Shown: positions 26,598 through 38,747 of the stretch, piece by piece
How positions within the stretch are numbered: the stretch's first letter is position 1
Layout of the letters: each line of letters starts with the position of its first letter
DNA from: Eledone cirrhosa
Taxonomy: Eukaryota
DNA length: 64,000 nucleotides
NCBI GenBank assembly: GCA_964016885.1
Contig: OZ024744.1
Location: 107,570,001 to 107,634,000, forward strand
Direction: 5' to 3'
The notes under the pieces: generated by a model
What the model was told of the DNA's origin: nothing
Databases searched by the model: none
Seen by the model: the letters and a program-made list of their open reading frames with translations, nothing else
Program-made: the position numbers and the translations under genes

Positions 26598-27120
26598 GTA
26601 AACAACAACAACAACAACTATACGGACAACAACAACAATAATAACGGTAGTAGTAATATAAACAATAACTCTGAGTATAGAAATAACAGCTATAATAGTA
26701 ATAGTCATAACAATAACAATAGCAGGAGAGTGAGAAATAGTAATAATGGTAATAATATTAACGATAGACAGAACAACAACAACAACCACAATAATAATAA
26801 TAGAAACATTAACTACAGACACAGCAGCAGCGACCACAGTAGCAATAACGGTAACAATACGAGTAACAACAACAACAACCACAGTGGTAATAATAGAAAT
26901 AATACATGTAGCAACATTAATGATAGACACAACAACAAAAACAAGAAACATAATAAAAGTAACAACCACAATGGTAGAAATAACAGTAACAACAACAATA
27001 ACGGTGAAGTAAACAACAATACACCTAGCAATCATAACAATAATAATAATACTAATGATAGGAACAACAACAACCACCATGATAACAATAATAGCAACAC
27101 ACACAACTATGTCGATAGAT
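26598..27120 (+). repeat. Degenerate (AAY)n low-complexity, Asn-rich tract inside the PLE N-terminal region
   Basis: AAC/AAT triplet-rich sequence. Poly-Asn reading in ORF 26730..27197. Confidence 0.85.
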
Positions 27121-27125
27121 ATAAT

Positions 27126-27312
27126 TGTTTCTACTTTAGGCACAAGGCCAGCAAATACCCAGTTCATTACTGGTACTTTATTTTATCGACCCCGTAAGGA
27201 TGAAAGGCAAAGTCAACCTCGGCGGGATTTGAACTCAGATCGTAAAGGGACGTAACTATGCTGGAAAGCATGGCGTCCGACCCTCTACCGATACTGCCAA
27301 TCCACCCCCCGT
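27126..27312 (-). mobile_element. tRNA-derived SINE inserted in the PLE, ~16-bp TSD
   Basis: TGTCGATAGATATAAT is duplicated at 27110 and 27313. A and B boxes on the minus strand. Confidence 0.92.
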
Positions 27313-28055
27313 TGTCGATAGATATAATGACAACCCCTTAGAGAAACTATTCTTCAACCCAGCTGACAAAACATATAAGATGGGTAATATCTATCCTACG
27401 AGGTTACCCTTTAATAAAAGAGTTTGCATACCACAACAAATAGATGACGAGACAGAGGCACCGTTCACCATAGCTAGAAATAAGATTAGACAAATAGTAG
27501 ACCGGTATACTAAGTGACAGAGCAGACCAGAGGTCCAACAACTTGAGAGGAAACATGTAGAAGGCTTGGTTAGCCTCAAGCAGCGCAAAAGGGATGGCGA
27601 GGTAGTATGTCTACCCACGGACAAGTCTGGTAGGATGTCAATAGACAGCATGCTGAACTACATCAAGGCTATGCAACCCCACATCACCAACACGAGCGAA
27701 ATTGCACAGCAAATACATGATGGGAGAGAGAAAATCTTTAACGCTCACATGATGATGTGGACCGACATCCTAAAGCCAAGCAGACACACTGCCAACAACT
27801 TCCAGGCGTCTAACAATGGCATACCACCCTTGTATGGGCTCCGCGAAGACCACAAGACAGTCGATGACCCGACAACAGGACCCCCAACAAGACCTGTATG
27901 CGGAGCAAATATAGCTAGCAACGACAGGATCTCCTACTTCCTCTCAATGGTTATACGCCCCATAATCAAGATGTCCCCCAGATGTATGTGACAGTACAGA
28001 GGACCTCCTCAGCAGAAACAAAAACAGGAACCTATCCAACTGCATAATAGGCAGT

Positions 28056-29675
28056 ATGGGTGTGGTATCACTGTACCCATCCATTAACATTGATTTTGCA
28101 GTGGAAAAATGTGTGGAGATGATCATTGAGAGTGAGGTGGAGTTCTGCGACGTCGACACAGACGCACTGGGCCTCCTATTTAGACTTACCTACGACACTG
28201 ACTACCTAGAAAGCCATGACCTTAGACGTTTCTGCCTCAGTAGACCCATAAGAGGTAGACCCCCCACCATAACCTCAATGGCGAAAAAGACTCCCATAGG
28301 AAGGTGGATTGGGTGGACCAAAGCTATACGGACCCCACAAAACAATGATCAGGTAAGAAAAATGGTCGCACATACAATAGGGGCTAGTATCAAAACTACC
28401 CTAAAGGGCCACATATTCAAGTTCAACAAGAAGATCTACACCCAAAATGAGGGAGCAGCCATTGGCGTCAGCATAGCTGGTGACGTTGCCAACCTTTTTA
28501 TGGTATGGTGGGAAAGGAGACTCAAAGATCTTGATGAGAGCTCCATAGACCTCATCATTTACTCTCGTTACGTAGACGACATCAATATAGTAATAAGGAC
28601 ATCCCCACAGGAGAGCACTAACAAGTTTGATTTAGAACGTAGCTCAATGGAAAGCAGCCAGCAGATAGTTAATTCCATACACCAGAGTATAACTGTAACT
28701 ATCGACTACCCTTCCAAACACCCTAACAATAGACTACCTGTATTAGACACGGAACTCTGGATTAACACTATAGACGAGAGAGCCCAAATTCTCCACTCAC
28801 ACTATGCTAAACCCATGGCCTCCAAATACCTGATACTCAAAAATTCAGCAATGTCCAGTAGTGCTAAGTTTAATATTCTGATCGCAGACTTGGTACGAGT
28901 GATGAAGAACGTGTCCAGCATGTGCGACCCAACAGAAATGGAAAGACACATCCAACACTTCATCAACCGCATGCAGTTCTCTGGCTACAACCAAAGAGAC
29001 AGAATCAGAGTATACGAAGGAGCCACGGAGAAGTATAAGACCCTCATAGAACTGGACATGAAAGGAATTTTCCCATTATACAGGAGCAAATCATGGAATA
29101 GCTTAGATAGGACTAGACATAAGATAGGGAAAGCCACCTCATGGTACGACAACGAGAGATACCAGAGTGTCATGTTTGTGGACGCTACTCCTGGAGGGAA
29201 ATTAGCTAACCAGTGTAGAAAGGCCCTGAGAAAGACCCACTTAAAGATTAAGGTGGTAGAAAAGCCAGGAACCACCATCAAATCCCTGATCAGCAAAACC
29301 TACCCTTTTAAGAAAACCCACTGTACTAATAGGAAATGTATCATATGTAAAGTAAACCCCCGGATAAACTTTAAAACTAGAAACGTAGTCTATAGCATAA
29401 GATGTACAGAGGGTACTTGCAGAAACATGACAACAACATACATAGGCGAGACAGCTCGTAGCATAGGTGAATGGATAGACCAACACTGGGGGGAACTAAA
29501 AGGACGAAAAAACGGTTCAGTACTATACGAACATGCCAGACAACAACACAACGGCAACATAGACAATATAGAAATTAGAATAATATCTAAACATAGAAAT
29601 GACTCAGCAGATAGGCAAATCAGAGAGGCCAGCGAAATAGAACTTAGAAAGCCAAGGCTAAACAGAAAAAAATGA
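28056..29675 (+). pseudogene. PLE reverse transcriptase / GIY-YIG endonuclease ORF remnant (539 aa)
   Basis: SLYPSI, QNEGAAIG, RYVDD, LPVLD, CIIC and VVYSIRC..YIGETARS motifs. Motif-A Asp appears as Gly (GSMGV). The GIY-YIG Arg appears as Trp (GEWIDQH versus GERIDQH in the inverted copy), so this copy is probably inactive. Confidence 0.85.
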
Positions 29676-29960
29676 ATGGAATAACAACAACACTGACCTA
29701 AGAGAAGTATAAATAAATAAATAAATACATACACAAGCACAATAACAACAAACACATAAAAACGCACGCTAGTAAACTAAGATAGAATACAATAACCGAT
29801 ACACAGTCACCCAAACACGAACACACATCAAACAAAACACTATACACACACGCAAACGCATGCGCAGAGAAGACAAAAAAAAATAAACAAATAAATAAAT
29901 AAACAGACCAAATAAAGATGGCGTAGGCATACAATGCAACGGGAGGAAACATAATAGCAC

Positions 29961-30000
29961 CACTGACGATGTTGCAGATGTGCAACGAAAGAACTTTGTT
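29961..30000 (+). ncRNA. Hammerhead-like motif in the PLE 3' pLTR
   Basis: CTGACGA-T-GTTGCA(GATG)TGCAAC-GAAA. Stem II is perfect; stems I and III are weak. Confidence 0.55.
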
Positions 30001-30245
30001 AGACTATATTTATGTGTTTGTGTCTATATTGTATCTGTATTTTTGACCGTTGGTCAGTCAATGGCAACATTGAGGACCGAATAAATTAAATTAACCGATA
30101 TAAAAGACACAGAAGCAATAAACCAACCAAACAGTGATTGTGTTCTGTTATTAATTCTGGCAATATTATTACACAAATATGACCCTCCCCAAGTATAACA
30201 ATATTTGTTTCGACACACGATTTCATATCAAAAACCTCGCAAAAC

Positions 30246-30343
<98 letters not shown>

Positions 30344-30388
30344 GAGAGTAAAACAAAGAATCCTTTAATACATCAAAAGTTTTTATTA

Positions 30389-30426
30389 GCCGACAATGTT
30401 TCGTCCTATTAAGGACTCATCAGGGC
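30389..30426 (-). ncRNA. Minimal type-I hammerhead ribozyme
   Basis: The minus strand reads GCC-CUGAUGA-GUCC(UUAAUA)GGAC-GAAA-CAUU-GUC-GGC: complete core, stem I GCC/GGC, stem II and GUC cleavage triplet. Confidence 0.85.
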
Positions 30427-30780
30427 AATCAAAACAAGAAGAAGTAATATCGGCAGATACAAGCCGGAAACTCTGAAGAATATGGAGTGTGCATACACTA
30501 AAGTCTTACAAAAATATATGATAATAAAAATGAAAATAAAAATAAAAATAATAAAAATATTTAATAATAAGAATAACTAAGGATGTAGATAACATTAAGA
30601 ACCATATTACAAATATAGTCCAAAGCAACTAACCTAAATCTAAACAAATTTGGTTATATAGAGCAGGAATTATATATAACACAATGCAATAAACATAATA
30701 CATTATAATAATATACCTTTACCAACATTAAAATTACAAATTAAAAATCAAAAGGTACAATATATACATGTATATATGTG

Positions 30781-30828
<48 letters not shown>

Positions 30829-32444
30829 ACAATACACCCATCTATGATCAACTACACAAATTAAGCCCTATTAGAAGTTTGAATATAAAAATAAGCATGA
30901 TAAGAGTGAAAATAATAACAATACATCTACCCAATATACATGAGGCAATAATATGATATAATTACAAGAGACACATATAATAAATAATAAACAATAAAAT
31001 TATATAATTCAATATAATATAATAAAATAGATAATCCCCGGTTAGTTTACAGAAACAATATAGATGTCACAATAAAATACAATGATAATACGTAAACAGT
31101 GTACTAACATTTACCATAAACAATGTATACAAATCGATTCATACTGGGTTACAGAGTAAATGAGGAAAACTAAATTATATAATACTCAAAAAAACACTAT
31201 AATGGTACTGTAAAAATTATGATGGTACAGAAAAAAATATATACAGACATCTTACATGATATGTAAAGTCTAAATATCATAATGTTACATATAATGAACA
31301 GTAAGTAATAAGGATCAATATTACAATATTACAAAATATACAGACATCTTACATGATATATAAAGTTTAAATGTCATAATGTTACATATAATGAACAGTA
31401 AGTAATAAGGATCAATATTACAATACAATATAATATAATATATTATAAATTGACATAAAATAATACTTATAATTACAAGGTTAGTAGACAGACATATGTG
31501 GATGTGTAAGCAAAGCCAGACAGGTTAGTAGACAGACATATGTGGATGTGTAAGCAAAGCCAGACAGTGGATAGTAAATAGAATATAGAAATAAATAAAT
31601 AAATAAATATAATCAACCGGAAATTACAAAACAAAAGCAAATATATACACACTAAGGCCTCACATGTGGTTAAGAAATTAGGTAAACACTAAGGAAAACA
31701 ATCATTTTAATTGACTCAAAACCCTATTTGATAAATTAATATTAAAAATATCAAACCTATCCAATAAGGTAGTATAATATTAGCTGTAGTTTAAGTCATT
31801 AAAGTTTATAACCTTTAATGTTTCATTACAAATGTTTACAAAAAGGAATGAAAATTTTTTACTATCATATACGCAACAATATCTAAAAAACTGACTTAAG
31901 TAGAATTAAGGTAGGCTAATGGGGACAGAATTGACGAAATGTATGGAGGGTGCGAAGTGGCATAAAATATAGTCGATATACTATAATAAATAATAGAATG
32001 AAGCGTAAAAGAGGGGGGGGGGATTAAATATAATCATAGTCAATCTGGAGGGGTTGACAATAAGTTTATGTGCGCATGGGGGGGGGGGGGAGCGGGTTGT
32101 TGTCCAAAGATGAATCTGAATAAAATTAGAAATAAAAATAGAATTAAAAATAAAATTAATAATAAAAATAAAAATAAAGATAATAATAGAATAACGTAAG
32201 TGGCGTAAAGCGTGTAATCTTATGTATATTAACAAGGTGTAATAGTGAAAACATAGATATGGTACAGTAGCCAAATGATTACGAGAGCTAGAATGAAGAG
32301 TCATCAAAAACCAATGGTAATAATGATGATAACAATAATGTTGGCAAACAAAAGAACCTAAACTAAAAACTAAGTAATGGAATATATCTGCTAATGGGTA
32401 CAATTTGTACTACTAGAACGTTTGGGTTTATAATAAAAATAAGA

Positions 32445-32531
<87 letters not shown>

Positions 32532-32887
32532 CACATATATACATGTATATATTGTACCTTTTGATTTTTAATTTGTAATTTTAATGTTGGTAAAGGTATA
32601 TTATTATAATGTATTATGTTTATTGCATTGTGTTATATATAATTCCTGCTCTATATAACCAAATTTGTTTAGATTTAGAGGTTAGTTGCTTTGGACTATA
32701 TTTGTAATATGGTTCTTAATGTTATCTACATCCTTAGTTATTCTTATTATTATATATTTTTATTATTTTTATTTTTATTTTCATTTTTATTATCATATAT
32801 TTTTGTAAGACTTTAGTGTATGCACACTCCATATTCTTCAGAGTTTCCGGCTTGTATCTGCCGATATTACTTCTTGTTGTTTTGATT

Positions 32888-32925
32888 GCCCCGATGAGGC
32901 CTTAATAGGACGAAACATTATCGGC
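32888..32925 (+). ncRNA. Mutated copy of the hammerhead at 30389-30426
   Basis: GCC-CCGATGA-GGCC(TTAATA)GGAC-GAAA-CATT-ATC-GGC: core U4->C, a stem II mismatch and GUC->AUC. Confidence 0.7.
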
Positions 32926-33072
32926 TAATAAAAACTTTTGATGTATTAAAGGATTCTTTGTTTTACTCTCTTAATTTTTTGGCTCTGTTTAACTGCATTG
33001 AGCTATACCTTTTACTGTCATTTCTATAATACGAAGAGGGTGTTTAACTCCAACACGCTCCAGTATTCTAAT

Positions 33073-33112
<40 letters not shown>

Positions 33113-33476
33113 GGAAAAAATGAAACGAAATTTCATTTCCCACTCTTAGTACGGCTGTTACTTAAATATAAGTATGTACACGTACATACATATATGTATA
33201 CAGACGTACAGTAGTCTATATATATATATATACATACATGCACACATATATATATGTACGTATGGATTCACCGAACATTTATTATAATGCTCCGTGTGTT
33301 TGTAAACAAACATCCCGTATTAAGCCGTAGTGTCTAGCAACCATCGTTGCTCGTTTGTTCAACACTGACAAACGAACGCTGTACTAGTTTCAAGCTTATT
33401 AGGTATCGTCAGCAACGTATACCTTCCTGCCAGATTGTTGAACGTATATACTTACCTTATGCATATTAACGGCTGA

Positions 33477-33546
<70 letters not shown>

Positions 33547-33747
33547 AGATAAATCTACCAAGAGTTTACGGTAGTGTCCAATCCGTATGAAGAACTCAAT
33601 GTAATCCGGATATCATGGAAAGAAGAGATGCATTCAAAAATCACTTTCGGTGAAAGATAAACGGAATACAGAGTCAAGATAAAATATTAAAAAAATAATG
33701 AATAAAACAATGAAACAGTTCCTTATATTAAACAAAAAAAGTTCATT

Positions 33748-33888
33748 ATTTAACGATCGTTTCTAGGACATATATGTGTTAGAATTGGCATGCATATTCA
33801 ACAGATCTATGTACAAAATTATACAAAATTATACAAACTATCAAATTTAATATACAAACCAACACATACATATGCCGTCTTCAGAAAT
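33748..33888 (-). ncRNA. Hammerhead-like motif with a long stem-II insertion
   Basis: The minus strand reads AUUU-CUGAAGA-(~115 nt)-GAAA-CGAUCG-UU-AAAU, with palindromic stem III (AACGATCGTT) and stem I AUUU/AAAU. Confidence 0.5.
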
Positions 33889-33906
33889 AATATATATATA
33901 TATATA

Positions 33907-34034
33907 TTAAGAAACCACTGGTAAATGAAATAATTGCCTTATCTTGTCTATTACATAACTATATATATATATATATATATAGTTATGTAATAAACAACAT
34001 AAGGCAATTATTTCATTTACCAGTGGCTTCTTAA
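33907..34034. repeat. Fold-back inverted repeat (~54-bp arms) centred on (AT)n
   Basis: TTAAGAAACCACTGGTAAATGAAATAATTGCCTTAT... pairs with ...ATAAGGCAATTATTTCATTTACCAGTGGCTTCTTAA, with few mismatches. Confidence 0.9.
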
Positions 34035-34355
34035 AAGCAAACAAATTTTGTTTTCAATCATCAGAATGAAAAAATCCTGGTGTATTTATTGACATTGGAT
34101 TTTAAAAACTAAAATATAATCTATATGAAAGTGAGGCTGGAAAAGGAAGAAGGAAAGGAAAAATAAACACACACGCACACACACGCACACACACACACAC
34201 ACAATTACATACACACACATATATACATACATATATATATATACACACACACACACATATATATGTATATATATATCTACATACATATACACATATATCA
34301 ACATATCCATACATACACATACACACAAATACACAAACACGCACACACGCACACA

Positions 34356-34408
<53 letters not shown>

Positions 34409-34414
<6 letters not shown>

Positions 34415-34684
34415 TAGAATATATGATAAACACAAAACGTGTTTGCATTGCAACAGATAGTCAGCTATTAATGAAATAAACTAATTAAAGTGAATACAAT
34501 TTGTCTGTCTCGATATAAGTCAATAAAGACAATCTTATATTGGCAACTGCCAATATAAGATTGTCTTTATTGACTTATATCGAGACAGACAAATTGTATT
34601 CACTTTAATTAGTTTATTTCATTAATAGCTGACTATCTGTTGCAATGCAAACACGTTTTGTGTTTATCATATATTCTAATGTAT
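34409..34684. repeat. 276-bp near-perfect palindrome with a 2-nt spacer
   Basis: Centre TTGGCA-AC-TGCCAA, with the spacer at 34546-34547. The 137-bp arms are reverse-complement identical by eye. Confidence 0.93.
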
Positions 34685-34779
34685 TTAACTGCTCGGAAAT
34701 GACCCTTTCCTGGAGCTTAATTATTGTAAAGGACTGAGAGCTTATTCTCAAAATATTATATAGTATATATATATATATA

Positions 34780-34876
<97 letters not shown>

Positions 34877-35634
34877 CACACGTACATACATATATACACA
34901 CGTACATACACACACATACTTACACACATATATACACGCATACATACGCATGCACAAATATAGATATATGTACACACAACTACATACGCACACAAATAAT
35001 TATAAGAAAAAATATTATAATAAAAATACCGTCACATAATAAAAATGAATATAAAAATTATTATAAAGTTGACAGCGATACAGGCAACAGATAAATGAAC
35101 AAACACGTGGTAAGCAATTCACACAATTGCACATACACATACATACGTAAAAATAAATACATACACACACACACACACATACACATACATATACATATAC
35201 ACATACACATACATACACATACACATATACATACACACACATACATATATACATATATATATATATATGTAAAAGTTCTATTTAAATTGTTGGGATACTA
35301 CAAGCAAATATTTTTATAACTGATATAAAGCACTCAACAAATATTTGGAGTAAAAATACGATATTAACAAATGGAAACTATATTTATAAAACCTTATTCA
35401 TTTCATTATACATATTTCAAGGACACCAAGTTAAATTATGGTGTGATTTCATCAGACAAAATATAATATAGATCAGTTTTATAAATAAATATTGACACAC
35501 CCTTACAAAATGCAACCATTACTGTTGGAAGCTCCTGGATAGTGGAGTTGTTTAATTATATTATTATTAGTATTGGATATTTTTATTTTTAAAATAAGCC
35601 GTTGGGTTACAGAGAAAGAAAAAAGATAAAGAAG

Positions 35635-35647
<13 letters not shown>

Positions 35648-35729
<82 letters not shown>
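35648..35729. repeat. (AG)n microsatellite. Other long tracts: (TA)n at 30251-30340, 33479-33538 and 34782-34872; (TG)n at 32446-32525
   Basis: Read directly from the sequence. Confidence 0.95.
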
Positions 35730-35732
<3 letters not shown>

Positions 35733-37019
35733 AATACAACAGAGAGAGAGAAAGATATATATAGAGAGAGAGGAGACAGAGAGAAGGGGAGAGAACGAAA
35801 ACTCTAAGTCATATCTTAACAATTGAGATGAAATGAATAAATAAAATTAGAAATGTTAATAATCATGAATGGAATATACATATATAATATGAGAAATTAA
35901 TCATTGTTTAAATATGATTAGATGTTTAGTTAATCATTTAAAAATTGAGATCAATATATTAAAAATTGGGATCTATACATTAAGAAATCCATATATTACT
36001 AGAGAACTACATATCATATAACACGTATACACACGCAAAAATACATATAAATATATATACACACTTATAAAATACATAACATTTCTAACTACGTATATAA
36101 TATATACACACAAAGCATAAAGGATTCTTTAATTTAATTTAAGATATAGGAATCTTTAAAATGTTATAATTGTTAAGATATTAAAGGAAATGTTATGTTA
36201 TACACACTTTATGTTATTAAACAAATTTTTTTTTATATAAGTTTTATAAGATTACTTGTTATGTATTTATGGCTGTTAATTATATGTCTATCTGTCACGA
36301 ATCTTGGGATAATCACTATACATAAGTGCAATCAAAATGTATGGATATACACGCACACGCATATACACAATTCTCACATATACATATATACATGTGTGTG
36401 TACCCTCAGCCAATAGGTAGATACGCATCACGCATATATACATACAGACAGACATACATTCATAAAAACGCATAGAACATATGTACATGTATGTCAATAC
36501 ACACATATACATATATACTCACATATAGAGAGAAGTATATATCAATCCAGTACATAGTATAATTGAGTACATAAAATACAAAAGGATTATATTACAATTT
36601 GGAAATATAATTATAAGCAATATAACTTTAAAAGCAATACAATTTTAAAATATTATAGAATATTTTAAGTTATAATTTCAAAATAATAGTATGTTTAATA
36701 GATTTAGTATAGAAATTTATCTTACGTATATTTAACTAAAAATTTTGAAAGGATAAACTTTCGAAAATAAGAGAAGGTATCAGAACAATAAAAAAAACAA
36801 TAAAAAATAAGAAATAAGAAATATTTTCTCCTTTCAAGAGCTCTCAATATATTTCTCTAGAATAGTTTATTATATTTATATTTATTTATATTTAGGACGA
36901 AAAGTTATTTTTACTTGAGTGTATAATCAGTCAAAAAAGATGAAGGAATCTAATGATTTATCGACAGGTTCAATATATTAATAAAATTAATTAATTAATT
37001 ATATACTACATTTAAAATT

Positions 37020-38168
37020 TATATTTATATTTAAATGTTGAGTTTAATCTATGTCTGCAGCAACTGAATAAATTATTCCTTAAGTTCAGGGAATTTTTGG
37101 TCTTTAATATAAAGAATATTTCCTCTATACAAAGATCGCAATTTTCTGAAGAGGAGTTAAAAGGTGTAGCTTATGAAATAATATTCCAAATCAACGAATA
37201 TTCAACGTTCTTTAGTTTTAGGTCCCATAATAGGCTAGATAGAGAAGTTGAAGATTTTTTGTTTGGATCTGTAAAAGAATTTTTATGATTATTGAAGCGG
37301 GATTTAAACTCTATGGAAGTAGATCCCACATAATTAAATGAATTTAAATTAGTTTTTACATTACAATTATATACTACATTTTTAGCTAAGCAATTGTTAT
37401 TTAACGGACAGTTAGATTTATTTCTACAGTTACATTTATCAGATTGAATATTGCTTGGGTTATTATTGGTATTTTGGTTAGGTTTTAAATTTCTATTATT
37501 AATTCTATTAATATTTTGCGCTAAATATTTGGTGGAAGAATAAGTTAATTTTATAGTATGTCTATTAAAAATTGAGTAATATCTATGTGTTCTAGGGAAG
37601 CATTTGTCAAGAGCTTTAAAAAATAGTTTAGCAATAGGGGTTTTAATATTTAATGAGAAAGGAGGAGCGAACCATAATATGTTCCTAGTTCTATTTCTTT
37701 TTCGGCTTTCGGAATTAATGTAAGGTTTTCTATTATACTTTTTAAAATTGTTACCATAGTTAAAATTGTTACGATTATGGTTAGTTGTTATATTATTATT
37801 ATTATCGATGTATTTAATTTTATTTCTATACCCAGCTCTACCTAACACTTCGTTGTAATAATATGCTTTTTCATCAAATATATTCTTATTAGCTGAAATT
37901 CTCGAAATTCGTTTTTGTACAGAGTTCACTATAGTATTTTTAAGGGATCTGGGGGTGATTAGAGTTAAAATTGACGTAATTTAAGTTCTCATTTAGTTTG
38001 TGAAATGGATAATGAAGACATGTGTTAAGATTTAGTGTTACATCTAGAAAATTGACTATTTTATGGTTATTCTCTATTTCTACTTTTAGATTAAGGTAAT
38101 TAAAAAATTGTATAATTTGTTTTCTTTTTCTATTTAGTTCACAGTTATTATTTTCTATAAGTAAAAGC
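37020..38168 (-). mobile_element. 5'-truncated AT-rich Penelope-like element (RT thumb plus GIY-YIG); long 3' region extends leftwards
   Basis: VNFLDVTLNL..YVNFNSNHP, RISRISAN, ILWFAPPFS, IFNRHTIKLTYS, CNCRNKSNCPLNNNCLAKNVVY..YVGSTSIEFKSRFNNH..STSLS..W.LK, CDLCIEE..CCRH. Same PLE group as 16625-18000. Confidence 0.9.
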
Positions 38169-38287
38169 ATTATGTATAGTGATTATCCCAAGATTCGTGA
38201 CAGATAGACATAGACAGATAGACTACCCTAAGTATTGAGTACTTTGGTGCGTTATGGTCCACCTGGTTCCTTACCACATTTCCTTCG

Positions 38288-38369
<82 letters not shown>

Positions 38370-38399
38370 TACACATATGCGCAACACACACACACAGAG

Positions 38400-38449
<50 letters not shown>

Positions 38450-38747
38450 TATGTGTGTGTATGTGCGTGTATGTGTACACACAGATATGTATATCTACAC
38501 ACACATATATTTATCTGTGTTGTTTGTCTCCTTTATCATGTATATATCTTAAGACAAGGAAAAAATAAGACTAGTTATAAGTAATTATGAATCACTACCT
38601 CCTTACCGACAACTGACGCTGCACACCAGGTCCGAGCACAGAGGAGCCAAACTCCCACTGTCATCACTTCCATCTCTCTCGCCCTCCCCATGTCTCAGTA
38701 TGGTGAGCAAATGGGGTCACACGTGCTGGCCACACCACGGCCCCGGT

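Larger units (their letters stand above)
26074..30230 (+). mobile_element. Near full-length Penelope-like retroelement (RT plus GIY-YIG), disrupted
   Basis: N-terminal PTDKSG, PPLYGLREDHK and RPVCG motifs, then RT and GIY-YIG. A/C-rich 3' UTR with a hammerhead-like motif. Frameshifts and a SINE insertion upstream. Confidence 0.93.
30340..33075. mobile_element. Element bounded by ~470-bp inverted repeats (30340-30810 / 32445-32973) carrying hammerhead motifs; probable non-autonomous PLE-type insertion in (TA)n
   Basis: The arms are near-perfect reverse complements, including a (CA)n/(TG)n tract. The AT-rich interior has short tandem duplications (~31229-31430 and ~31478-31567). No RT ORF is visible. 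Confidence 0.75.

Noticed and set aside
34086-38568. Short YI/CV/SL/ER-repeat ORFs
   Set aside because: Translations of (TA)n, (CA)n and (AG)n microsatellites.
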